Assembly: GCA_963665295.1 (NCBI GenBank) | Contig: OY762209.1 | Coordinates: 2,048,001-2,112,000 of the forward strand | Length of the DNA: 64,000 bases | Reading direction: 5' to 3' | Origin: Syntrophorhabdaceae bacterium | GTDB lineage: Bacteria > Desulfobacterota > Syntrophorhabdia > Syntrophorhabdales > Syntrophorhabdaceae | Part shown: piece after piece, positions 46,743 through 56,922 of the stretch | Position numbering within the stretch: the stretch's first letter is position 1 | How the letters are laid out: every line of letters begins with the position of its first letter | Notes under the pieces: model-generated | Database searches by the model: none | Told to the model about the DNA's origin: nothing | Seen by the model: only the letters and a program-made list of their open reading frames with translations | Translations under genes and position numbers: made by a program

Positions 46743-48839
46743 TCACCGGCTTTCACCCCAGGACTGCCTTTCCGCCATCTTCTGAAGCCTTGCCACATCT
46801 ACAATAAGGGCCACCGTCCCATCTCCCAGAATGGTCGCCCCCGATATACCCTCGACGGTGCGGTACACACTGCCCAGGGACTTTATTACCGTCTGTCGTT
46901 GCCCGGCCACGTGGTCCACCACGAACCCGATCCTCGTCCGGTCTATTTCCGTAATGACAATCTGTTCGATATCGGGCAGGTTGCCTTCCATGCCGAAGGC
47001 CTCTCTCAGCCTCACGTAGGGGACCAACTGGCCGCGGACCCCCGCCACGTGTCTCCCGTGGCTCTTCTTAACGTCCTCCCGTGAGAGTTCGACGCATTCT
47101 TCCACCGTGGAGAGGGGAAGAACGAAGCGGTCCGGGCCGATCTCGACGAGAAGTCCTTCGATGATCGCAAGAGTGAGGGGGAGCTTCAGGCTTATGGTGG
47201 TGCCCCGCCCCTTCACACTTTCCACCCCTATGGCGCCCCGGAGCGAGTCGATAGTCTTTCTCACCACGTCCATGCCCACACCCCGGCCCGAAACATTCGT
47301 GACGCTTTGAGCGGTGGAGAAGCCGGGAGCAAAAATGAAGGCGTAAATATCTTTCTCGGACACTTCGGCGTCAGGTGCGATAAGACCCCTTTCCACCGCC
47401 TTGGCCCGGATTTTTTCTCTGTCGAGACCTGCTCCGTCGTCGGTAATCTTCACCATTACATGGGCGCCCGAATGGGCCGCGGAGAGACTCAGCCGTCCCT
47501 GGCGCGGTTTCCCGGCCGCCTCCCGCTCGGCGGGAGATTCTATCCCGTGATCGATGGAGTTCCTGATGATATGGACGAGAGGATCGTTCAACTTTTCGAT
47601 GACCGTCTTGTCGAGTTCCGTTTCGCCGCCTTCCGTGTAAAGGTCTATCTCCTTCCCCAAATCCGCCGACAAGTCACGGACCAGACGCTTGAACTTGCTG
47701 AAGGTGGTCCCTATGGGGAGCATCCTTATGCTCATGGTTGTATCGCGCAGTTCCTCGGTGAGGCGTTCCACTCCCTCGGCGATAAGGGTGACCTCGGGGT
47801 CCTTGCCGGTGGAGGCCTTCTGGGTGAGGGCGGCCTGGATGGTCACCAACTCGCCCACGAGGTTTACGAGCCTGTCGAGTTTGTCTGCCGTCACCCTGAT
47901 GCTCGAGACGGCGTCCTCTCTGTGGCGCTTTTCCCGCGCCTCCTTGATACGTGATTGTTCGGCCAGGGCCGACTGGACCTTGTCGGGGGTGACGAGTCCC
48001 GCGTCTACAAGGAGTTCGCCGATGGGCTTCTTCTCCTTGAGCACTTTCGCGAGGTCGGCCTTTTTCACATCCCCCCGTTCGACGAATATTTCGCCGAGCC
48101 TCTTGGGCGGTTCCGTATCAGGCTGAAAGTCTTCCGGGTCTATGAGATCTATGGAGATTTCCGACGCGTCTTCCACAAAGATGAAGACGTCCTTTATGTC
48201 GTTCATGCCTTTGTCTGTGGTAAGTATGACGTCCCACCAGGTATAGCAAAGTTCGGGATCCATATCCCCTAAAGGGGGAATGGCGTCGAGTTGGGCGATC
48301 ACCGTGGCTTCCCCCAGTTGCCTGAGTTCATTGAGGAGCGGGATGGGGTTGGTGCCGGTGGCGAAAAGATCCGGCTCAGGACGAAAGCGGATGCGGTAGG
48401 TCGCCGCCTTGACGTCGAGATCCGGCCCGGGAGCCATTGTTTGGACTGCGCCGCCCGAAGTGGTCCGACCTTCGCTTGTAGGTAGAAATCTCCTGAAGGA
48501 AGCGATGAGTGCTCCTGCGTCCGTCTTTCCCTTATCATCGCCCTCGAGCATGGCGTGGATCAGGTCGCGGGCCTTCAGGGTGAGGTCTATCAATTCCTTT
48601 TGAACGGCCACCTTTCCATTGCGCACCATATCGAACACCGTTTCCACTTCATGGGTGAAGGCGGCAATGTCGTCGAAACCGAACATGGCGCCCGAACCCT
48701 TGATTGTATGAAGGGCACGGAAGATCTGCCCTATGATCTCGCTGTTTGTGGGAGATTCCTCAAGTTCGAGGAGGGATATCTCAAGTTCCGACAGCCTTTC
48801 GAATGCCTCTTCTCTGAATGTTTCCGCCGGTGTGTTCAT
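46743..48839 (-). CDS. cheA: Chemotaxis histidine kinase CheA
   Basis: Hpt FRALHTIKG, VHIIRNSIDHGIE, SGRGVGMDVV, CheW-like P5. Confidence 0.98.
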   Translation of the reverse strand: MNTPAETFREEAFERLSELEISLLELEESPTNSEIIGQIFRALHTIKGSGAMFGFDDIAAFTHEVETVFDMVRNGKVAVQKELIDLTLKARDLIHAMLEGDDKGKTDAGALIASFRRFLPTSEGRTTSGGAVQTMAPGPDLDVKAATYRIRFRPEPDLFATGTNPIPLLNELRQLGEATVIAQLDAIPPLGDMDPELCYTWWDVILTTDKGMNDIKDVFIFVEDASEISIDLIDPEDFQPDTEPPKRLGEIFVERGDVKKADLAKVLKEKKPIGELLVDAGLVTPDKVQSALAEQSRIKEAREKRHREDAVSSIRVTADKLDRLVNLVGELVTIQAALTQKASTGKDPEVTLIAEGVERLTEELRDTTMSIRMLPIGTTFSKFKRLVRDLSADLGKEIDLYTEGGETELDKTVIEKLNDPLVHIIRNSIDHGIESPAEREAAGKPRQGRLSLSAAHSGAHVMVKITDDGAGLDREKIRAKAVERGLIAPDAEVSEKDIYAFIFAPGFSTAQSVTNVSGRGVGMDVVRKTIDSLRGAIGVESVKGRGTTISLKLPLTLAIIEGLLVEIGPDRFVLPLSTVEECVELSREDVKKSHGRHVAGVRGQLVPYVRLREAFGMEGNLPDIEQIVITEIDRTRIGFVVDHVAGQRQTVIKSLGSVYRTVEGISGATILGDGTVALIVDVARLQKMAERQSWGESR

Positions 48840-49204
48840 CCCAGTACCTTCCTTACCACCGCGAGGAGCTGGTCCGATTTAAAGGGCTTGACGATCCATC
48901 CCGTGGCCCCCGCTGCTTTTCCCTCCCGTTTCTTTGTATCCTGCGATTCGGTGGTAAGCATGATAATGGGGACGAATTTGAATGACGGGATAGCGCGCAG
49001 CTTCGTAATGAGGCCGATGCCATCGAGGTTGGGCATATTGAGGTCTGTAATGACCATATTGACAGAAGCACCGTTCAACTTGGCAATGGCATCGTTGCCG
49101 TCGCACGCCTCCACCACCTCGTACCCGGCGTCCTTCAGGGTAAAGCTGACCATTTGCCGTACACTTGCGGAATCGTCCACGGTCATAATCCGTTTAGCGG
49201 CCAT
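48836..49204 (-). CDS. cheY: Chemotaxis response regulator CheY
   Basis: VDDSASVR, ITDLNMP, GWIVKPF; start placed at ATG 49204 behind GGAGG. Confidence 0.95.
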   Translation of the reverse strand: MAAKRIMTVDDSASVRQMVSFTLKDAGYEVVEACDGNDAIAKLNGASVNMVITDLNMPNLDGIGLITKLRAIPSFKFVPIIMLTTESQDTKKREGKAAGATGWIVKPFKSDQLLAVVRKVLG

Positions 49205-49547
49205 GATTGCCTCCTTTGATCCATATACAGTCCGACCGCTCTTCAGGGAAGCACCCCTCTTCGCGATGGTATCCTGCATCGTCGGCCGCCATGTCCACCG
49301 CAGCCGCAATTCCTGTGACCTCAACCTTCCTCATCTCGTGACGCCACGCCCTGTGAGCCGCGCAAAGCACCTGGAGACCGGCGATGTCGGCTGCCGTTAT
49401 CCCCGTAAGGTCGAGGGAAAACCGGTCCCTTCCGCCGTGGGAGGCGGTGAGGAGGTCCTTCAGAACCCCCGCGTTTTCCACGGTGAGTTCGCCATAAAGT
49501 TTTAATACCGCGCCTTCGCGGGTGTCTTCAAAGCGTGAGTCGATCAT
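49194..49547 (-). CDS. STAS-domain protein
   Basis: LKLYGELTV, LDLTGITAADIAGLQVL; position in front of cheY-cheA. Confidence 0.88.
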   Translation of the reverse strand: MIDSRFEDTREGAVLKLYGELTVENAGVLKDLLTASHGGRDRFSLDLTGITAADIAGLQVLCAAHRAWRHEMRKVEVTGIAAAVDMAADDAGYHREEGCFPEERSDCIWIKGGNHGR

Positions 49548-49556
49548 AAATTCCTC

Positions 49557-51554
49557 CTAAAAAAGCTCCACATTATCGCCAAGGGCCTCATCGTTTTCGT
49601 GCGAAGGGACGGGCTCGCCTGAGCGAATACTCGACCGGTGCACAGAGCGTTCCCTGTGCATGGTGTAACGGTCTTCGAATCGTTTAAGATAGGCGGCTTT
49701 TTCACCGGGGCTCCGGGTCGATGGTCCGAATTCTCCTGCCTGCCGCGCTACGCCCTCAATTTCACTGATTACTTTTTTGAGCACCCTTTCGGTTGTCTCA
49801 TGGGCGGTGACCCCCTGCGCGAGGTCGTCTATCTCGGCGGCAAGGTCGCGGCCCGCTTTTTCCATGCCGTCAATGGCGGCCGCAATACGCCTATCCACCT
49901 CACCGAAGGAGAGGAGAAGTTCGTTCAGGCGGTCTACCATGGTTTCAACAATAGGGGCTGCAACCACAGGGGTTTGCGCGGTTACCGGAACCTGCATCGG
50001 TTCCCCGGCCAGCGAAGCTGCCCGATCCTCCCCCTCCTCGTCATGCTCGCCGAATGGACCGGCGGAACTCGTCGGGTCTGCCGTTATACCGTCTATCCGG
50101 GCTGGGATTGTCCCGTCGGCGGGCAGGGACGTCCCGGCATCCTCCTCCGGCGCGTGTTCCTCGCCCGCTTTGCAGCCGGATTGGTTCTCGGGGTCGATCA
50201 GGTCGTCGCCCAGGGACTTCGCGATGTTGGTCACCCGGGCCAGGGTGTCGGAGACTGTGCGGGTCTGGTCCCTGGAGGTATCCGAGAGGTTGCGCACCCC
50301 TTCCGCGAGGACTCCGAGGGCAGCGCCCTCGACACCTGTTTTCGCCGCGGTCACCCTGGCGTTGAGGGCGATAAGCTCGATCTCCGTGCCCACCTCTTCG
50401 ATGTCGCCCACGAAGGCGGACAACTCGTCTATGGTGCGGGTGACCCGCCTGATTGCGGTGGAAAGCTCGTGGTTTGCTTCGCCGTTTTCTTTGAGGGAAG
50501 ATATGATCTTGACCACGTCGGTTTTCAGGCGCACAAGAAACGAGGCATCATCCTTGCCGGACATGCCGACCAGTTCGGCTGTCTCCCGCGAAATGGCCGC
50601 CGCGCTTTGGGCAATGTTCCGAAGGCCCTCGATGGTCTTGCCGACGGCGCCCATAAGTTCCCGTTTTGCGTTCGAGAGTTGCCGGGCCTGTAAATCGCAG
50701 ACTTCACGAAGGCAGAGGTCCCGCATGCCCGGCACGGGGTCTTCCGCCGCCCTGAGGGTCGATACCGTAGAGCACATCTCTCTTACAGCCTCTATGGCAT
50801 GTTCGATCTGCTGGCGAGTGATGTCGTGGAACTGAAGAGAGCTTACGATGCCTCCGATATGTGCGCCTATCTCGTCCGAGACGCGGGCAACCGTGTCGGC
50901 GGTGGTGGAGGAAAGGGCATGTTTTCCGGAGAGGGAGGAGAGCCCTGCAACCATATCGTTGACCATGGTGCGCGCATGGCCCTGTTTCCATGTCTCGAGG
51001 TCCCCCACCTTGGAGAGCGTCTCTGCGATGGCATCGTGCAGGGAGTTGATGGTCTGGAGGATTCCCGTCGATTTTGAGTCGATGAGACCCGAAAGTTTTT
51101 CCACGTCATCGGCTATGGCGCCGAAGCCGGTCTCTCCGGTCGCGAGGCGGGCGCTCTCTATCTTGGTGGACACGCTGAGCATCCTCAGGTGTTTTACGAT
51201 CCTTCTGAAACCCGCGAGAGGCGTGCGCGCCTTATCCACCTCTTTGAGTATGGCCGTGAGAGTGCCCGTGCTTCGGGTCAGTTTCCCTTCGGAGGATTTC
51301 AGATAGAGGTCCATTTGATCGAAGAGTTCCTGGAGCGCGTCCATGTCCTCCTCGAGTTCTCCGCTCCTTATAAGACCCGCCGCTGATCTTGCCATGGCCG
51401 ATATCCCTCCGGCCCTGGAAGAAATGTCTCTCAGGTGTGCGCCTATGGTGAGGAAGTCATTCTCCGTGGAGCTGTTGAGGGAGAGCAGATTCGAGGCGCA
51501 CTCCTCCAGGCGTTCCGTCATTCTTTCTATGGTCATCACGTTGGACATGGGCAT
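49557..51554 (-). CDS. Soluble chemoreceptor-like protein with two signalling hairpins
   Basis: No TM; hairpin tips MLSVSTKIESARL...GFGAIA and LIALNARVTAAKTG...LGVLA; LQFHDITRQQIEH; C-terminal NVELF. Confidence 0.85.
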   Translation of the reverse strand: MPMSNVMTIERMTERLEECASNLLSLNSSTENDFLTIGAHLRDISSRAGGISAMARSAAGLIRSGELEEDMDALQELFDQMDLYLKSSEGKLTRSTGTLTAILKEVDKARTPLAGFRRIVKHLRMLSVSTKIESARLATGETGFGAIADDVEKLSGLIDSKSTGILQTINSLHDAIAETLSKVGDLETWKQGHARTMVNDMVAGLSSLSGKHALSSTTADTVARVSDEIGAHIGGIVSSLQFHDITRQQIEHAIEAVREMCSTVSTLRAAEDPVPGMRDLCLREVCDLQARQLSNAKRELMGAVGKTIEGLRNIAQSAAAISRETAELVGMSGKDDASFLVRLKTDVVKIISSLKENGEANHELSTAIRRVTRTIDELSAFVGDIEEVGTEIELIALNARVTAAKTGVEGAALGVLAEGVRNLSDTSRDQTRTVSDTLARVTNIAKSLGDDLIDPENQSGCKAGEEHAPEEDAGTSLPADGTIPARIDGITADPTSSAGPFGEHDEEGEDRAASLAGEPMQVPVTAQTPVVAAPIVETMVDRLNELLLSFGEVDRRIAAAIDGMEKAGRDLAAEIDDLAQGVTAHETTERVLKKVISEIEGVARQAGEFGPSTRSPGEKAAYLKRFEDRYTMHRERSVHRSSIRSGEPVPSHENDEALGDNVELF

Positions 51555-52012
51555 TCACCGCCGTTTTTACATCCGTTCAGGGCGGACCGGACTCTTTCGA
51601 TAAGTTCGCCGGGATCGAATGGCTTTTGGAGGAGACCGATGCAACCTTTGGTGCAGAGTTCCTCCATAAGATTGTTATCGGCAAAACCGGAAACTATTAA
51701 AATAGGAACGGCGATATTTCGGTTATTTAATTCACTTACCAGTTCCACCCCCGACATACCCGGCATCTGGATATCCACGAGGAGAAGGTCGAAAGGTTGC
51801 CCTTTTCCGACCTCCAGGATAAGGCGAAGAGCCTCTTTCGCGTTCTCCGCTTCCGTTATGGCGTATCCCGCCCTCCTCAGGGCAATGCCCGTGGCAAAAC
51901 GGAAGTTCGGCTCATCATCAACGATCAGCACGTGTCCCTGCCATCCCAGATTCTTTGTCCGCTGTCTCATGAGAAGGGCTATTTCATCATCTTTGCCGAA
52001 GACTGCCGCCAT
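51536..52012 (-). CDS. Single-domain response regulator
   Basis: LIVDDE, LVDIQMP, LQKPF; first gene of the chemosensory operon. Confidence 0.9.
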   Translation of the reverse strand: MAAVFGKDDEIALLMRQRTKNLGWQGHVLIVDDEPNFRFATGIALRRAGYAITEAENAKEALRLILEVGKGQPFDLLLVDIQMPGMSGVELVSELNNRNIAVPILIVSGFADNNLMEELCTKGCIGLLQKPFDPGELIERVRSALNGCKNGGECPCPT

Positions 52013-52024
52013 GCCTCTCCTAAA

Positions 52025-52040
52025 AGCAAGGCTTGTGCCA
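52025..52040 (-). promoter_or_regulatory. sigma54 promoter of the chemosensory operon
   Basis: Minus strand TGGCACAAGCCTTGCT (GG-N10-GC). Confidence 0.9.
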
Positions 52041-52119
52041 CACGACGGTGAACGCTATAAAGCCCATAAAGTAAAGGGTATGACGGTTCAAACCATCGGG
52101 GCGCGGGGAGAGGGAGGGG

Positions 52120-52135
52120 TGCGACAATTGTTGCA
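52120..52135. promoter_or_regulatory. Putative enhancer for the chemosensory operon
   Basis: Near-palindrome TGCGACAATTGTTGCA; related site (13/16 match, opposite strand) at 52209-52224. Confidence 0.55.
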
Positions 52136-52221
52136 GTCACGTATCCTCGGCGAGACAAAAAGCTAAGAGGATGGAGCCGTTTCTCTCCAAGGGGACAAAA
52201 GTTTACAGTGCAAAAAATGTC

Positions 52222-53673
52222 TCAGGCCTTTGCAGGTGGTTTGCCGGTGTTTTTTCTGATAAGTCTTTTGTTGAGGGCCTGTCGCGTAAGGCCGAGCATA
52301 GAGGCGGCGACACCCTGGTTGTTACGGGAAATGCGCAAAGCCTCCGCGATGAGGTAATCCTCCGTTTCGCGCAGGGTGGGGAAGCGCTCCGCGGGCCAGG
52401 AGACGAGGCTGAATCCGTGGCTTTCGGCATCGACGGGCTTCCCGGGGACGCGATGGTCCTGCTCGATCCTGTTCTTGAAGCTTTCCATGGAAAGTATCCC
52501 TGTCTTATGACGGGCAACGGCGTCGAACACCATGGTTTCGAGTTCGCGCACATTGCCGGGAAAATAGTAGCTCGTAAGAAGAGTGACCAGTTCATGGGGA
52601 TAGGTGGGACCCTTCTTGCCCAGTTCCCTTGATGCTTCCTCAAGAAAGTGGTTGAGGAGCAGGGGGAGGTCATCGGGCCTCTCCCTCAGAGGAGGGACGT
52701 GGACCTGGTGGGTCATAAGGCGGTAGTAGAGATCGTTTCGAAAGGTGCCGTTCTCCATCCTTGTTCTGAGGTCGCGGTTTGTGGCAACCACTATACGCGC
52801 CCTGCTCCTGATTGCCCCATCCGACCCGAGGGGATAGTACTCATGTTCCTGGAGGAGTCTCAAGAGCCTTACCTGGGAGATCTCGTTCATGTCGCCTATT
52901 TCATCAAGGAAAAGGGTCCCCTCGTGGGCTTTGCTGATCAGGCCGTCGCGGGACCTGTCCGCCCCGGTGTAGGCCCCCTTTTTGTGACCGAAGAGGGTGT
53001 CGGAAAACATATTGTCATCGAGACCCGCAACGTTGACGGGTACGAAGGCGCCCTTGCGCGCTGAAAGGGTGTGGATGGCCGTTGCGATCAACTCCTTGCC
53101 CACCCCTGTCTCACCGGTAATGAGCACGGGCTGGTCGGTCCCTGCAATCGCCTCGATATACTGGAACACGGCTCTCATCTTCTTGCTCCGGGCGATTATT
53201 GAGGAGAAGGCGTCTCCGTGCCTCAACTGATCGGTGAGGAGGTACTGGGTAAGGGACGAGACCTCGTTGTGGAGGCTTCGCACTTCAAGCGCCCTCCGGA
53301 TGCTGTAGACAAACCTGTCCTTCTCTACGGGCTTTACAAGGTAGTCGAAGGCGCCTTTCTTCATGCACTCCACTGCCATGCCTATTTCGTTCACCGCGGT
53401 CATGACGATGACAGGAACCTGCGGGTGGTTGTAGACAAGTTCTCCGAGGAGTTCCATACCCGAAAGGTGTGGCATGTAGAGGTCGAGAACGATTACACCC
53501 ACTTCGTGATCATTAAGAAAAGGCGTTACATCCCTGCTGTCCTCGAGGGTATGGACGTTCTCGAAGCCTTCGCTTCTCAGGAGGAGTCTGGAGACGAAGA
53601 GAATCTGAGGCTCATCGTCCACCAGCAGGATAGGGAGAAGGGCGTCGCGTGTGGCAGCCGGCAAAGGGGTCAT
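52222..53673 (-). CDS. NtrC-type sigma54-dependent response regulator
   Basis: REC + AAA+ (GETGVGKE, GAYTGA) + HTH (LGLTRQALNKRL). Confidence 0.93.
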   Translation of the reverse strand: MTPLPAATRDALLPILLVDDEPQILFVSRLLLRSEGFENVHTLEDSRDVTPFLNDHEVGVIVLDLYMPHLSGMELLGELVYNHPQVPVIVMTAVNEIGMAVECMKKGAFDYLVKPVEKDRFVYSIRRALEVRSLHNEVSSLTQYLLTDQLRHGDAFSSIIARSKKMRAVFQYIEAIAGTDQPVLITGETGVGKELIATAIHTLSARKGAFVPVNVAGLDDNMFSDTLFGHKKGAYTGADRSRDGLISKAHEGTLFLDEIGDMNEISQVRLLRLLQEHEYYPLGSDGAIRSRARIVVATNRDLRTRMENGTFRNDLYYRLMTHQVHVPPLRERPDDLPLLLNHFLEEASRELGKKGPTYPHELVTLLTSYYFPGNVRELETMVFDAVARHKTGILSMESFKNRIEQDHRVPGKPVDAESHGFSLVSWPAERFPTLRETEDYLIAEALRISRNNQGVAASMLGLTRQALNKRLIRKNTGKPPAKA

Positions 53674-56600
53674 ATGACGGGAATCCTTACGACGGCGGTA
53701 GTGCCCCTGTCCGGCTGGGATTCGAATTCCATGAAACCCGAATGGTCCTTGATTATGGAATGTGAAATGGACAGGCCGAGTCCTGTGCCGCCCGTAGCCA
53801 GTTTGGTGGTAAAGAAAGGTTCCGTAATCTTCTTCATGACCTCCCCTGACATACCGATTCCCTCGTCCCTGACAACGACGCGCACGTGCCCTCTGTCGGG
53901 ATCGAGGAGAGTGGTCACCCGGATTCCCCGGCCGGGGTCGGGCAGAGACTGGAGGGCATTCATTACGAGGTTGATAATTACCTGCTCCAGTTGCTGGAAA
54001 TTCCCCTTCACCGCAGGAAGGTCCGGGGCGAGTTCCAGGGAGAAGGTTGAGGTGTGCCGCTTGATCTGGCTCGCGAGGAGCATGGTGGAATCAGAGACGA
54101 CCTTGTTCATATCGACCCTGTCCGTGAGTCCCGTATTGTCCTGCCTCGCGAAGTCCTTCAAATTGTCGACGATGCCCTTGATTCTCCGGGAGCCGTCGGT
54201 AATGCCCTGAAGCAGCCGCGCCACCACGCTGCGCATTTCGCTGAAAGGGAGACCGCCCAGAGAAAACTCGCCATTTTCACTACTGTATTCGGCAAGCACT
54301 CTCAAGGCATCCTGCCACGCGTCGGCGAGAAGGGAGGCATTGAACATGATGAAATTGTTGGGATTGTTAACCTCATGGGCAACGCTCGACACGAGGACGC
54401 CGAGAGAGGTCATCTTGTTGGCATGGATCAGCTTGGAGTGAAGGCGGGCCGCCTCTTCTTTCAGGCGTATCTCTTCCGTCATGTCCCGAAAAGCGCAGTA
54501 GACCACATCGGCATCGGAGAGGGTAATCGTTTTGCCCCGGATGTTCACTCGCAGACTCATACCGCCTTTGGCTATGGTTTGCATGTTTTCAAGGGCGAAA
54601 CTTCTTGTCTTCCCCGCACTTTTCAGGATATTCTCGAACCGCCGGAGTTCGGGCGGTGGAAAGATAAGGGAAGCGCCGTGCTTTGCCAGGGCACCTCTCC
54701 TGTACCCGTAGAGGCTCACTGCAGCGGGGTTCGCGTCGAGTATCTCCCCTGTCCCGGACCGGAAGATTACAAGGGCATCCTCGTTTTGCTCGAATAACTG
54801 GTGAAACCTTTCCTCACTTTCTCTCAACGCCATTTCGGCCCGTTTTCTCTCGGATATATCGAGGAGGGTGCCTATGACGGCAGGCCGCCCGCGGTAGATG
54901 GTCCTGGAGCCATGGGCCTCAACGGTGATAAGCCGCCTGTCCCCGGTGACCGCCCTGAATTCGGAGTGGGTGGCTTCCACTTCACCGGAGAGTTTCTTCC
55001 GGATACTTTCCGTTACCACGGCCCGGTCTTCAGGGAAAACGATATCCTCCGGCCTCCATTCAGGGGGGATGGCGGAAACCTCGTACCCGAGCACCTTGGC
55101 GAAAGCAGGATTCAGGTAGACAAAACGGTCGTCTTGCAGGAGGTATACGCCCACGGGGGTCTTTTCCGCAAGGCTCCTGAATTTGCTCTCCGATTCCTTG
55201 AGCGCGTCTTCGGCCTGCCTGCGTTCGGTGATATCGCGGACGATGACGCACGCATACTCATCGTTGTTGAAGGTCAAATGGTTCGAGGATACCTCGACGG
55301 GGTGGACAGTCCCGTCCTTCGACCGGTGGGCGGACTCGAACGTTGTGGAACCGCGCCGCCCCGTGAGGGTCCAGCTCTCGTTCCAGCGCTCCATGGTGAA
55401 GTTCGGGTCGATGTCGGGGACAGCCATGGAGAGGAGTTCGGCATGAGTATATCCGAGCACCTCCGAAGCCGCCTCGTTGACGTGTACGAACCTTGCTTCC
55501 CTGTTCACCCAGAAGATAGGGTCCTTTGACGTGTCCACGGCGAACTGGCTGAACCGGAGCCTTTCCTCCGCCTTCTTGCGCTCCGTAATGTCCCGCCACA
55601 CACAATGGAAGACCTTTTTGCCGTCCACGGGTATGGAAGTAAGGAGGACTTCCACGGGAAAGTCGGTGCCGTCCATTCTTCTGTGTACCCATTCAAATCT
55701 GAAAGACCCGGTCCTAAAGCATGTATCGGTTATCTCCCGTGCCTTCCGTGTGGACAGGAGTCCGTCGGGCTGTCTTGCGGGTGACAGGTCGGAAGGCCGG
55801 CGGTTGAGCAGGACGCCTTTGTCGGCGCACCCCATCATCTCTATGGCAGCGCGATTGCAGTCCACAAAAACACGGCCGTCGTAAAGGAATGTGGCATCCC
55901 GGGACCCCTCGAAAAGGGCCCTGAATTTTTGCTCACTCTCCCTGAGGGTCTTTTCCGTTGCTCTGCTCCGGGTGAGGTCCGATACCATCGCCATTGTCCT
56001 GTTGCCTTCGAGTCCGGCGGCCCTGAATTCAACCTCCTTTATCTCCCCCGTCTTGCAGCGGACGCTGAATACGCCGTCGGTAACGTCCTTTCCGGCAATG
56101 GCCTTTCTCCATGAATCGACCACAGACTCCCGGTACCCGTCATCAGGATAAGCCCTGACGAGCCAGTCTTTCCCGGTAGGGATATCCTCGAGGCCATATC
56201 CCGTGATGGCGGTAAACTCCGCGTTGATAAAGATGTTGCGTGCCTTGTCGTCAAGGATTATCACGCCATAGGGCGCTTTGACGAGGCCGGAACGAAAGGT
56301 ATCCTTTTCCTTCTTTTCCCGTATCCCGGCATCCATCCATTTTGTAATATCAACAAATGTAACGAGCAGCGCCCCTTCAGCCAGGGAGTGCCGGGAGACG
56401 AGGACCGTCTTCCTGTCCCCCTTCCTGTCAACCAGTTGACATGGATGGTCTTTAAAGGAGACTCCGTTTACAGGAGGGGTCATGGAAGGCAACAGGCGCT
56501 GAAAAAGACGGGTCCCCTCATCCTTGCCCTCAAATTCACGGCGCAAAAAACCGGACATCCTTTCGAAGGCCTTGTTTACGATGATTACCGTTTCATCGGC

Positions 56601-56783
56601 CCCGAGCAGCACCGCCGGTATTTTCAGGGCGCGAAGGAGATCTTCGAGGTCCATGACGGCCTTACGGGACCTCACTCCTTCAGGAGGACCATACCTGTAC
56701 CATCCGGTCCTTGCCGCTGCGTCCCGGCCCCTGTCCCGCGCCTTCAATCCGTCCGCACCCGGTGTTTTTGAATATGGATCCAT
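53670..56783 (-). CDS. Soluble multi-PAS sensor histidine kinase
   Basis: Five to six PAS/PAC repeats, AHEVNNP H-box, LEQVIINLVMNA, GGTGLGL; coupled to the downstream regulator; exact start uncertain. Confidence 0.92.
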   Translation of the reverse strand: MDPYSKTPGADGLKARDRGRDAAARTGWYRYGPPEGVRSRKAVMDLEDLLRALKIPAVLLGADETVIIVNKAFERMSGFLRREFEGKDEGTRLFQRLLPSMTPPVNGVSFKDHPCQLVDRKGDRKTVLVSRHSLAEGALLVTFVDITKWMDAGIREKKEKDTFRSGLVKAPYGVIILDDKARNIFINAEFTAITGYGLEDIPTGKDWLVRAYPDDGYRESVVDSWRKAIAGKDVTDGVFSVRCKTGEIKEVEFRAAGLEGNRTMAMVSDLTRSRATEKTLRESEQKFRALFEGSRDATFLYDGRVFVDCNRAAIEMMGCADKGVLLNRRPSDLSPARQPDGLLSTRKAREITDTCFRTGSFRFEWVHRRMDGTDFPVEVLLTSIPVDGKKVFHCVWRDITERKKAEERLRFSQFAVDTSKDPIFWVNREARFVHVNEAASEVLGYTHAELLSMAVPDIDPNFTMERWNESWTLTGRRGSTTFESAHRSKDGTVHPVEVSSNHLTFNNDEYACVIVRDITERRQAEDALKESESKFRSLAEKTPVGVYLLQDDRFVYLNPAFAKVLGYEVSAIPPEWRPEDIVFPEDRAVVTESIRKKLSGEVEATHSEFRAVTGDRRLITVEAHGSRTIYRGRPAVIGTLLDISERKRAEMALRESEERFHQLFEQNEDALVIFRSGTGEILDANPAAVSLYGYRRGALAKHGASLIFPPPELRRFENILKSAGKTRSFALENMQTIAKGGMSLRVNIRGKTITLSDADVVYCAFRDMTEEIRLKEEAARLHSKLIHANKMTSLGVLVSSVAHEVNNPNNFIMFNASLLADAWQDALRVLAEYSSENGEFSLGGLPFSEMRSVVARLLQGITDGSRRIKGIVDNLKDFARQDNTGLTDRVDMNKVVSDSTMLLASQIKRHTSTFSLELAPDLPAVKGNFQQLEQVIINLVMNALQSLPDPGRGIRVTTLLDPDRGHVRVVVRDEGIGMSGEVMKKITEPFFTTKLATGGTGLGLSISHSIIKDHSGFMEFESQPDRGTTAVVRIPVI

Positions 56784-56855
56784 ACTCGACCCCCCCCCGA
56801 AATATGCTCTTTACCGCTCCCGTCCCTTGGGACGGACTCTCCAATCACATGGTGA

Positions 56856-56871
56856 TGCAAGGTTTATACCA
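56856..56871 (-). promoter_or_regulatory. sigma54 promoter of the PAS kinase / NtrC-type regulator pair
   Basis: Minus strand TGGTATAAACCTTGCA (GG-N10-GC). Confidence 0.75.
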
Positions 56872-56922
56872 GCAGGAAAGCCGGGCGCCCGGCGGGGGGT
56901 CGGGGACGGTCCGCGGGAGACC

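Noticed and set aside
52960..52985. GAYTGA instead of GAFTGA as a sign of a dead activator
   Set aside because: GAYTGA is a known functional variant (DmpR/XylR type).
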